This document shows, one piece after another, positions 53,124 to 63,681 of a DNA stretch of 64,000 nt. Source of the stretch: Phoronis australis. Taxonomy: Eukaryota; Animalia; Phoronida. Position 1 is the first letter of the stretch, and every line of letters begins with the position of its first letter. The DNA lies in assembly GCA_002633005.1 (NCBI GenBank), contig NMRA01000315.1, positions 293,509 through 357,508 of the forward strand, read 5' to 3'. The notes under the pieces are model-generated. The model saw nothing but the letters and a program-made list of their open reading frames with translations, searched no databases and was not told where the DNA came from. The position numbers were made by a program, and so were the translations under genes.

Positions 53124-53249
53124 TCTACGGACAGTGTGTAGATTCCAACACTGGTTGTAATGATTGGGCTAACGTTTGGAGTCCAGGCGAATGTTATGTC
53201 AACCCTAACTACATGCTATTCAGTTGTAAGCTGTCGTGTCGGACCTGCG
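53124..53249 (+). CDS. Lectin gene 2 exon 2 (ShK toxin-like, ShKT domain)
   Basis: tttacag acceptor, gtaagt donor, 126 nt, phase 1 to 1; VYGQCVDSNTGCNDWANVWSPGECYVNPNYMLFSCKLSCRTC has the six-Cys ShKT pattern. Absent from the ORF track. Confidence 0.9.
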
Positions 53250-54113
53250 GTAAGTAGCGAATACGGAATACGCGGGGGCGCTGAAAATGACACCATGTTT
53301 CGACGCTTATTTGTAATTGGAGCTCCGGAAAGCTCGCATGGTTAAACATTGAAATCAACTGTAAGAATAAATTTCTGGGCCCCTAGCAATTTCCCCCTAA
53401 CTTGCAGACCCTATTGTATGGTGCTTGTGCAATCAGATCCTTCAAAACTGATATTTGATGTGGCACAAACCTGATCAACAACACTTCCGTGAAATGTCAA
53501 GTTTTTACCCCTCGTGTAAATGTCGACGTGCTTGTGGTTTTCAATTAGGCCATCATTGGCAAAAACGTACTGTTATGTGTTTTCTCATTCAGTTCTGCTA
53601 CCAATAATTCCTTGTGGAGATTCGACAAGCAAGGAAATTTTACGAGTGCACTTCCTCTCATTGGCGCATAAAGCTTACAATGTACATGTACGTGTATATA
53701 AACGCACTGTAGCCGAGGCATTGAACGTGTGCTGACAATCACGCTTTTGTCTTGTCACTCGAATGTACGCATCGCATTCACAAGGACATTCTAACAGAAT
53801 GGCAATACAAATCAAGCCGGAAAGTGTGCCTTACATCTGCATGTATTTTCTTACTAAATAAGTCTCGCAAGACATTAAAATCATGCGAGTGTTCTGTGAG
53901 TATGCTCGAACGCTTACAATGGACTAACCAGTCCTAGCAAAATGGCGGTCAATGAAATGATTGGTCGGCGAAGTTTGAGTATTAAATGAGGGAATTAAAT
54001 CACACGTTGTCACTATAACGGAAGATTATTTTAACGCAAGTAACAGCTAATATTTTGTGAAGGAACTCAGACTTTTCGACGATGTCTGGCCAAATTCAAT
54101 ATCAGCTAGGAAA

Positions 54114-54206
54114 GATTTTAACAGTTAAAACTGGTCTGTTGGATTACCTTTTTGATTTCCTAAAAAAGATAATCCAGCAGACAGACCAGTTTTAACTGTT
54201 AAAATC
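54114..54206. repeat. 93-bp foldback palindrome
   Basis: Perfect 26-bp outer arms GATTTTAACAGTTAAAACTGGTCTGT / ACAGACCAGTTTTAACTGTTAAAATC with further internal pairing. Confidence 0.85.
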
Positions 54207-54302
54207 ATGAACGTTCCTGGGCGACTCAAGGTCTATATTTTATTATCAGTTAGGAACCTAACATATCAGGTCCTTGCTAAGGAGTTTTTAAAACTTTTAC
54301 AG

Positions 54303-54820
54303 TCTAGGGCAGTGTGTAGACTTCAACGCTGGTTATAATGACTGAGTCCAGTGTCGAGTTGCACGAAACAATCTCAAATAGGGACTCAACTAAGCTCCCT
54401 AAATCTTTTGCCTATCTGTGTCTTTGTTTACTCACAAACGTAATCTTTTTGTATTATTTCGTCTTTAATTCAACCTCCTCATCGACTTATGATAATTTTA
54501 ATAATAAAACTAAAAATTGAGCCCTGAATTTAATGAAAATAAATAGGGACTTAGTCCTTAAGTTAGGAGCATACCGTGAAAACATCTATAAATAGTTTCG
54601 ATAATATTGAGGTTCAATGTTAAATTCACTCTCGATTTGTATCAAAGCCACAAGTTGACAAAGTAATGAAACTAAAACAGCAGAAGAAAGGGCAGTCGAT
54701 GTTTTCACAAGTCCACAATTACGCAGTGCATTTAGATAACTTAGTTGAGTCTTTTTAGGACTGTTCCATGGAACCGGGAGCAGTTTAATGTTACGTCAAC
54801 GACGCAATCATGCTCTTAAA
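54303..54820 (+). pseudogene. Decayed duplicate ShKT exon split by a ~420-bp insertion
   Basis: ttttacag|tctagggcagtgtgtagacttcaacgctggttataatgactg mirrors the start of 53124 but is disrupted; weaker similarity resumes at ~54787 (aatgttacgtcaac...atgct) after an element bounded by gagttgcacgaaac / gttccatggaaccggg. Confidence 0.6.
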
Positions 54821-55626
54821 CATTATTACGGAGGGAACTCAGATGTATTCCAGATTTGCCGGTTGCCGTCATCGCTGTCCTCAATATCGCACCTGCGACT
54901 GGTGTTACAAATTATGGGAATCACATGCCTTGATTATTGTAACCACGCAAGTTCTATATGTGATTTTTGTTTAGTTAAACTAAAATTCAACTAACGTTAA
55001 GACCCACTAATAGTCACTAAACATACCTGGAGAGAGGACAAAATCACATGAAACATACTGTTCAAGACATAATGAAAAAGACTAGAAGAAACTATCGTGA
55101 CTCACAAGTCCTCTAAATTAACCCATAGACTGAGTCCCTGTGGGAAAATTGCCCTATTGTAATGTTTTCCTAAAATGATAGCTGATACAATGTTAAACAC
55201 CAGATTAAACAAAACGTTTTAATGGATTGAAAGCTAACAAGGTTTTTTATTTCACCAGCTACACAAACAGCAAAGGTGACTTTGAAAATGGTAGTTAACA
55301 ATATTCCAACCTCAGAACTTGGCCAGTGTGACTTTGCATCGCGGATACCCTTTTACTTACACACATGCAATGCAGAAATGCCAAACATGAATAAAAAGCC
55401 AACACAAGTTATACACCTCTCTGAATGTGAATACGAAAAAGGCAGTGGGGCGAATGCTTAAGTTTGTTGAAGTGTCCATCCATCATAATTCAGCATGACG
55501 TCTGCTGATTTCATTAAAAAAATGAAGTGGACGTATCAGTAAAGAGCTCTATTGCAGTTAGGTTTAAATTAAATAACGAAAGACACTCAATAATTAAGAT
55601 CGGATAAATGATTTTTCAATTCGCAG

Positions 55627-55786
55627 GATGTCCCGGTGGGTTTACAGCGTTTCAAGGGAAGTGTTATTATATTGAGTCTGTACTACGAAAGTGGAACGAC
55701 GCCAAAAGCAACTGCGTATCTCTTGGCGGATATCTAGCTGATGTACCAAACGCGCATGTGCAGTCTTTTATAACTTCCCTTGCAAA
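55627..55786 (+). CDS. Lectin gene 2 exon 3 (CTLD N-half)
   Basis: ttcgcag acceptor; GCPGGFTAFQGKCYYIESVLRKWNDAKSNCVSLGGYLADVPNAHVQSFITSLA; AA|gtaagt, phase 1 to 2. Confidence 0.93.
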
Positions 55787-57082
55787 GTAAGTGATGGCTG
55801 AGATTTTCTGTCATTCCTGGTCGTTGAGTACAGTTTGAATTTTTGGACCATTCACTGTTATCGCCGTTTTCGCCTCAGTGTGGAGGAGGTTCGAAACTTA
55901 TTGCTAACGCATACACGAGATTGGCTATGCGAATGGACGAATGCTTTATTTATCGAGATATTCACATCAAAAGGGAACTGAGACCGTTTTGGAACTCAAA
56001 ACATTCATTCACTTAACGTAAAGAAAATATATCACCAGCAATAGGATACCAACGTAATCTCCACGAGGGCCTTATGCCATCTGTATAGGGACGTCCATTT
56101 GATTAAGCAGACCTAGAAAAATAAAAAAGTTGTACACACTTTTGAGTGATGTCAGGAGACTGTAAGTTTTGTTCATATGACATTGATTGTAAAAGATCTC
56201 ATCAGAGTACATGCATGTATATCGTTAGCGCGTAGTACTTCGTGTAGGTAAGGGAAATGCCGGCTATAAGTGTTGTCGGATTTCTGGGAATTTACTGGTG
56301 TGTATGTACACATTCTTGTATACATTAAGAGCATTTGTAAGTTTCTCGCTTTGTATGTCTTCGTTTTGACGAAAGTTCTGTAGCCTTACCCGCTCGCTTA
56401 GAGTGTAAGAGGTTTTTTATGTCGAGTTTGGTGAAAATTAAGACAGCAAAGAACCAAATTAAACCATTGTTTTCGTATTTTGTAGATCAAACGAATGATC
56501 CGGCTACAGACAATCCTCAAAGTTGCGTGTCCATACATTCGCAAACAATCATTGCGAAAAATTTAATAGGGTTCCCCAAAAATTCTGATAATATTGTTGG
56601 TGTACTAAGGCGGATTGAGGGGGAGAGTGTGAGGAGCGTGACCAAAATAGCTGCACACGCATGTCATTTATAGGGTTATCACGTGTGTTAATCCTTTGAA
56701 AACTGCGGTCGCGTCCTCTGTACTCACAATCCGCCAATCGGGTTGTCCACAGGTCACAAATTAGGTTAGCAAATTTCCAAAGGTTCGTGAGAACTTGTCT
56801 CGTTTTGCCACTTTGTAATCAGCCCTTCTCAATTAAAACCTGATTGGAGGTCTTGGGAATACATATACTCTGCAGGTACCTGAGGTCTTGGTAATACATA
56901 TACTCTGCAGGTACCTGGCTTGCCAATTACAAAACATCCTTTCAAGTATGGAAATACCTGTTTACTGAACATCCTTGAATAAATGATATCACATGTACAT
57001 GTAGAATCTTCGAGTTATTGCAGCAACTCTGTTGACCACCATTACTTACGTACGTGTCAGAGTCTCTTCCGTGTATATGCAG

Positions 57083-57302
57083 TGATAAAGATCTTTGGAT
57101 CGGACTTGACGATAAGTCGTCAGAGGGCAGCTGGGTTAATGTGGACGGCCAAGCCGCTAGCTTCAACGGATGGAATGTTGGAGAACCGACCACTTCCACA
57201 AGCGCAAACTGTGCTGTTATGAGATACACAGACGGATACGATTGGGTCGCCGAGGATTGTTCAAAGCTTTTTCAATCTGTCTGTCAGTATCCGCAGCCAA
57301 GT
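57083..57302 (+). CDS. Lectin gene 2 exon 4 (CTLD C-half)
   Basis: atatgcag acceptor, phase 2; DKDLWIGLDD...WNVGEPT...NCAVM...DWVAEDC...SVCQYPQPS; gtaagt donor, phase 0. Confidence 0.95.
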
Positions 57303-57967
57303 GTAAGTTGTTTTAATTTTATAGAAAACTACAAAATGTCCTCCTCTTAAATAAATTTCTGTTTTAACAATTGCGTTGTTTAAAAATATTTTTTGCTTAA
57401 TTGTATTTGGACCTAAAAAATACTGACACCAACAGGCTGCACGTTGTTTAAGGAGCCTGAGAAGTGACCGGGCGTGATTCAATAACGGCGTCAGCCGTTA
57501 GATGGTGATGCACATGGAGTTTCACCACAGATATGGCGAATGTTATACATTATCTACGTAACTATTAGCCCGGCTCTCCACTAAACCTGCCTTCACAAAG
57601 AACAGTCTGACTGTGATTTAGACCATTTACAAATACAAAAATGATCTCAACTTGTTCTTTACTCGCATTAGAGGTAGCTCCTGAGCTTGTAAATAACTTG
57701 CAAATCTTTGTTACGTAGACCAAGTCGACAAATTTTCCTTCAGATCAAATGATTTCATGCATATTTTACGGTCTCAAGCAATAGCAAACAGTCATTTCTT
57801 TCCGGAACGTCCAAAACCTACCTCCCATTTGTGTAACTGACAAGCTGAGCCCAGTTTTAAGGCAGGAAAAAGGCTAAATCAAAATTTCCTTTGTTTATTA
57901 TTTAAACCGTTTTAACAAATACAACAGAAAAGCCATGCAACTTAGATTCGAATTATATTATTTACAG

Positions 57968-57983
57968 GACACGTGGGTTGTAG
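57968..57983 (+). CDS. Lectin gene 2 exon 5 (16-nt microexon, DTWVV)
   Basis: tatttacag|GACACGTGGGTTGTAG|gtaagt, phase 0 to 1, same position and phases as the gene 1 microexon. Confidence 0.72.
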
Positions 57984-58139
57984 GTAAGTGTAGTGATAGT
58001 GTTGTTGAAAACGTGGTTTCGTGTGGCACGTTGACACGTCTTACTACCTCTTTCATGATTTACTCTACGTCACGTAAGCTATCTCAGACTACGGCTTGAG
58101 GAGGAACAATGTGTACATGAACGCTTGTAGGTCTTACCG

Positions 58140-58370
58140 CAACCATCATGTTTCATCATCCTATATGTCATGGTCACCGTCACCATCATCGTCGTCATGG
58201 CTCTCATCATCGTCGTTATCATCATCACTAGTCTCTTCATCAAGGTCATTAATATCCTTATCGTCATCATCTCCATCACAATCATCACCATCAACATCAC
58301 CTTTATCACCATCCTGTTCTCTTTGCATTGTCACCATCTTCATCATAATCATAATCGACGTCGCCATCAC
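58140..58370. repeat. Degenerate (ATC)n microsatellite
   Basis: catcatcgtcatc arrays; they generate the low-complexity ORFs on both strands. Confidence 0.85.
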
Positions 58371-58425
58371 TGTTTTTGCTTTGCATATTTTTTGTGGAAG
58401 ATGTCATTTAATTCTGTTTGGACTG

Positions 58426-58672
58426 CATGCGCGCACCCAAGGGGGGGGGCTCGGGGGGCTCAAACGAGCCCCCCATTTGACGAAGTGGGCAAGAAGGAAG
58501 AAGGTCCGCCCCTGAGAGACAAAAAGTTCAAGAAAATGGGACTAAATAATCGCAAACGCGCACTTCACAGTGGTGAACCCGTTTTTTTTAGTCCGCCCGC
58601 TCTTTTGTTAGGAAAAGGTCCACAAGGTCAGGAATTCGAGCCCCCCCATATTGAAGGATGGGTGCGCGCATG
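58426..58672. mobile_element. hAT-type MITE with 5-bp TSD GACTG
   Basis: Perfect 14-bp TIR CATGCGCGCACCCA; GACTG at 58421-58425 and 58673-58677. Confidence 0.85.
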
Positions 58673-59769
58673 GACTGGTCATAAAATGTGTTAATTATTC
58701 ACAATTTTAAGACGACTTATCTACTAGGGCGAATTCACGTTCTGTTTAATGACCCTGGTGCACGTATAGATAAATGACCTGAACGCCAATGCTACAGCAG
58801 GTTGCATAAAACTTAAAAGTTATCACCGGGATAATGAGACAACTCCCACGTGGATAGTTCATATTAACTTCAACAGTGTCCTTTTCAAGAATTTTGAACA
58901 TTATCCATTAGACCGTACATTTGGGTACTCATCTCATAAAGACCTGGTTGGATCACGCACAGGGTGAAAAAACAGCAGCAGCGTTAAAATTGGAACTTTA
59001 TTTTTACATCAGACATCAGTATAAGTCTAGATGAAGAAGTAGAAGAAGTTCAATCTGAAAACAAACCAAAAATCACCATAAATACAAGAAATAATAATCT
59101 CTACATGATACAGCAAATAAACCAACGTAAGTAAGTAATATTCAAAACCTGTCATGAAAACCCTAAGTACAATTCAAACTCATATATCAAAGCCACAAAC
59201 CCGCTAATCAAAAACCGGATGTAAATAAACAAACCACAGCGCCACACGGTGAACGGAAATAAACGTACTGCTAAGAGCGCCAGCTGTCGAAAGAAATCTA
59301 AACTACACCTCTGAAAACACGTGTCTCTGAAACGAGAACCTTCACTGCCAAAGAATTACCCCTATTTTAAATATAAGAAAAGTCAGAAATTACAATATTA
59401 CCTACACTGGAATACAACTAATAAGTCAACAAAAAAAACTTACTTTCTTGAACGCTGTAACANNNNNNNNNNNNNNNNNNNNNNNNNNNNNNNNNNNNNN
59501 NNNNNNNNNNNNNNNNNNNNNNNNNNNNNNNNNNNNNNNNNNNNNNNNNNNNNNNNNNNNNNNNNNNNNNNNNNNNNNNNNNNNNNNNNNNNNNNNNNNN
59601 NNNNNNNNNNNNNNNNNNNNNNNNNNNNNNNNNNNNNNNNNNNNNNNNNNNNNNNNNNNNNNNNNNNNNNNNNNNNNNNNNNNNNNNNNNNNNNNNNNNN
59701 NNNNNNNNNNNNNNNNNNNNNNNNNNNNNNNNNNNNNNNNNNNNNNNNNNNNNNNNNNNNNNNNNNNNN

Positions 59770-60952
59770 GAATCTTCGAGTTATTGCAGCAACTCTGTTG
59801 ACCACCATTACTTACGTACGTGTCAGAGTCTCTTCCGTGTATATGCAGTGATAAAGATCTTTGGATCGGACTTGACGATAAGTCGTCAGAGGGCAGCTGG
59901 GTTAATGTGGACGGCCAAGCCGCTAGCTTCAACGGATGGAATGTTGGAGAACCGACCACTTCCACAAGCACAAACTGTGCGGTTATGAGATACACAGATG
60001 GATACGATTGGGTCGCCGAGGATTGTTCAAAGCTTTTTCAATCCGTCTGTCAGTATCCGCAGCCAAGTGTAAGTTGTTTTAATTTTATAGAAAACTACAA
60101 AATGACCTCCTCTTAAATACATTTTTGTTTTAACAATTGCGTTGTTTAAAAATATTTTTCAATCAAGTAGTGGTATTTTGTATGCCTATAGGAGTACTTT
60201 TTATTTGAGAAGTCAAAATTTTGCTTAATTGTATTTGGACCTAAAAAATACTGACACCTATAGGCTGCACGTTGCTTAAGGAGCCTGAGAAGTGACCGGG
60301 CGTGATTCAATAACGGCATCAGCCGTTAGATGGTGATACATGGAGTTTCACCACAGATATGGCGAGTGTTATACATTATCTGCGTAACTATTAGCCCGGC
60401 TCTCCACTAAACCTGCCTTCACAAAAAACAGTCTGACTGTGATTTAGACCATTTACAAATACAAGAATGATCTCAACTTGTTCTTTACTCGCATTTGAGG
60501 TACTGTAGCTCCTGAGCTTCTAAATAACTTGCAATCTTTGTTACTTAGACCAAGTTGACAAGTTTTCCTTCAGGTCAAATGATTTCATGCATATTTTACG
60601 GTCTCAAGCAATAGCAAACAGTAATTTCTTTCTGGAACGTCCAAAACCCACCTCCCATTTGCGTAACTGACAAGTTGAGCCTAGTTTTAAGGCAGAAAGA
60701 AGGCTAAATCAAAATTTCCTTTGTTTATTGTTTAAACCGTTTTAACAAATACAACAGAAAATCCATGCAACTTAGATTCGAATTAAATTATTTACAGGAC
60801 ACGTGGGTTGTAGGTAAGTGTAGTGACGGTGTTGTTGAAAACGTGGCTTTGTGTGGCACGTTGACACGTCTTACTACCTCTGTCATGATTTACTCTACGC
60901 CACGTAAGCTAACTCAGACTACGGCTTGAGCAGGAACATGTGTACATGAACG
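59770..60952 (+). repeat. Near-identical copy of 57004-58123 including the CTLD C-half exon (59849-60068) and microexon (60798-60813)
   Basis: Begins right after the 307-nt N gap; one amino-acid change in the exon (TSANC to TSTNC), scattered SNPs and a ~60-bp intronic indel at ~60160-60220. Confidence 0.9.
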
Positions 60953-61120
60953 AATAGCGGAGTTGCAACGCCGCCATATTGGAAATGAGTCAGAATGTTG
61001 CATTGTGGTTAAGCCGGTAAACAAGTACATCGGTAAGCGTGGGGTGAACCGGCCACACGGAGGTTATACGTGTTGTGTGCCTGGCTGCTACAACACCAGT
61101 TGGTGAGATAAAGAATTTAG
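60953..61120 (+). mobile_element. Start of a THAP-bearing DNA transposon remnant
   Basis: Similarity to the first copy stops abruptly at 60952; GGYTCCVPGCYNTSW* follows at ~61060. Confidence 0.5.
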
Positions 61121-62609
61121 TTACTCAGTACCTGTGTCCCAAGAACCAAGAACTGAGTTAAACATACATGGGTCAGACACATCGGTAGAGCTGGTAGCTA
61201 AGGCCGATTTAGTGAATTCTTTCCGACTTCGTAGCATCAAGTATGCAGCGCTCATTTTGAGGGCCGCAAGAAAACGTATCTTGGAAATTACCCAACAATA
61301 TTTCCCTCGAAAGAAACAGTAACAAATACTCCACGGAGGATGGGAGTGAAAAAAAAATTGTTTTCGCTTGACCAGAACCAAGGCAACATGAGCAATTTTG
61401 AGGATAATGCCTCTGCACAATCACCTGTTCTGGTTCGACTCACTTAACGTACGCACACTATATGCATTAACTCGCTAAGATAAAGCGTGCAGATTATTAT
61501 TATTTACTTTCTACAAAATTGTGGTGCATTTCAATCAAAATTCGTTGTTAATACGATCATTTTTCAGAAAATTGTGCTGAAATCCCAGGACGAAATCTCG
61601 CCGACAAATGCGTAGCTGGCGGTCTCGCAATCGTCGATAGGGCTTGAATTCTTGAATAAGAATACACCTTCGACTCAACAAATTACCTGAAATCCTCCTT
61701 AAGTTTTCCAAATAGCGTCGCTAAGATTTTTAAGTTCTTGTGGAGTCTGGATTAACTGCAGATTAAGTCCAAATCTGTGCTAGATTCACGGTAGCCCGCA
61801 ACACGAGAAAATCTCTGAAGAAACACACATGTTGTCACGTGACGTTTGTTTTGAAGTTTGTATGCGTGTATGTGAGAGTAAGCGTGCGTGTGCTTGTCAT
61901 CAGAGTTCATTTGCCAGAGTAAATGCCATGTAATGATCTAGGCGTGCATTGTATCCAGAGAAATTAACTCAAGCAGCCAAGCAGAGCGTGACTGTTTTAA
62001 TATTTAGCTTAGCACTTGCTGGCCTTATCTGCTAAAAACTTTCGAGAATTGTTTCGGGAAGACTGATTTGTCATTCATTGAGTCGCCGGGTGAGTGGAAG
62101 CGTGACCGCAGTGTAACAGCTATTTTCCGCAAGATTCGGGGTGTAATGGTGCGAATTTGTTCACTGTAAGTGGGTCATTTTGACTTTAAAAGAAAAACAA
62201 TTATAACAAGTTAAATAATTTCTCTTAAAATATTCCAAAGTTTTTTTACGGTATCAGAAACGTTCGGAAATTAGTTCCAATATTTATTTCTTGTCGATGC
62301 TATGTTACCAGCCGAATAGATAGTTCCCGACTAAATGTCTTCGATGACAGCCGGTACTTTATGCAGCGCGCGCTTCTTGGCCGCGTGCTAACACTGGTCG
62401 AGTTTTTTTATTAGTCTTCGATTCAAGGTTTTCACGTGTACACAGATGTTTGGATTCCTGTTGGGCCGGAGAAGATAGACCGGCAGCCCAGAGCACTTAG
62501 CATAGATGAACGGGGTACCAACATTTGACCACGGGAGCATTTAGAGTCCACCTCAGTATGTACAGAAATGGACGTCTGCCGTTGTCTGCACTCTAGGTGT
62601 GACCCCTGG

Positions 62610-63620
62610 GGGCCGTACAAAGGACCCAAAAATGAGCTAGACTAGATAATTGATGTACAAACAATAGCACCGCGCTGAGCACGGAATGACCCATGACAGA
62701 CAAATTGCACCCTGGAATGGGTCCGGCAGAAAACAAAAAGGACCCCCCAAAATGAGCTAGCACATACATTCGAGGTACCACACAAAACCAATTCCATAGG
62801 ATTCAATACATGTCACAGATCACTAAATGCCCTATGACAGACAAATTACAATCTGGATTGTGCCCGGCAGAAACCCCCAAAAATCTCAACCATCTTATGC
62901 CATCAAAAATTTGAGCTAGACTAGAATTTCGAGGTACCGGCCAAAACTGGTTTTAAACGAACAAAAGTAGGCCTACTGCACTGAACACCAAACGACCCAT
63001 GACAGACAAATTGTACTCTGGAATGGGTCCGGCAGAAACCAAAAAGGACCCCCCAAAAATGAGCTAGCACATGCATTCAAGGTACCACACAAAACCAATT
63101 CCATATGACTCAATACATGTCACAGATCACTAAATGCCCTATGACAGACAAATTACACTCTGGATTGTGCCCGGCAGAAACCCCCAAAAATCTCAACCAC
63201 AGTATGCCATCAGAAAAATTTGAGCTAGACTAGATTTTCGAGGTACCGGGTAAAACTGGTTTTAAACGATCAATAGTACCGCACTGAACAACAAATGACC
63301 CATGACAAACTAATTACACTCTGGAATGGGTCCGGCAGAAACCAAAAAAGGCCCCCGCCCCAAAAATGAGCCAGTACATACATTCGAGGTACCACACAAA
63401 ACCAATTCCACGAGGTTCAATTTATGTCACAGGTCGCTAAAGGCCCTATGACAGACAAAATACACTCTGGATTGTGCGTGGCAGAAACCCTCAAAAATCT
63501 CAACCACAGTATATGTTATCGAAACTTTGAGGAAAATTAGATACCCGAGGTACCGGCTAAAACTGACTTAAAACCAATAATCGTGCCGCACCAGATGACC
63601 CATGACAGACAACAAATTGT
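62610..63620. repeat. Tandem repeat, ~305-bp unit made of two related ~150-bp subunits (just over 3 copies)
   Basis: gacccatgacagac recurs at ~62688, 62994, 63297, 63597; ccctatgacagac at ~62830, 63138, 63444. Confidence 0.85.
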
Positions 63621-63681
63621 GCTGTGAAAGGCGTTCGCCAGAAACTCAATTGCACCGTATCGACGAGAACATCAAGCTATT

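Noticed and set aside
58079-58694. Overlapping Ser-, Met-, Asp- and Ile-rich ORFs, a possible mucin stalk for gene 2
   Set aside because: They come from an (ATC)n microsatellite plus a MITE; the phase-1 frame from the nearest acceptor (58130) hits a stop.
59321-59995. Long ORFs containing X runs (also 22500-23113)
   Set aside because: They are open only because they cross N gaps.
62610-63620. Regularly spaced repeats as a CRISPR-like array
   Set aside because: Intervening sequences are themselves repeated, there are no unique spacers or cas genes, and the context is eukaryotic.
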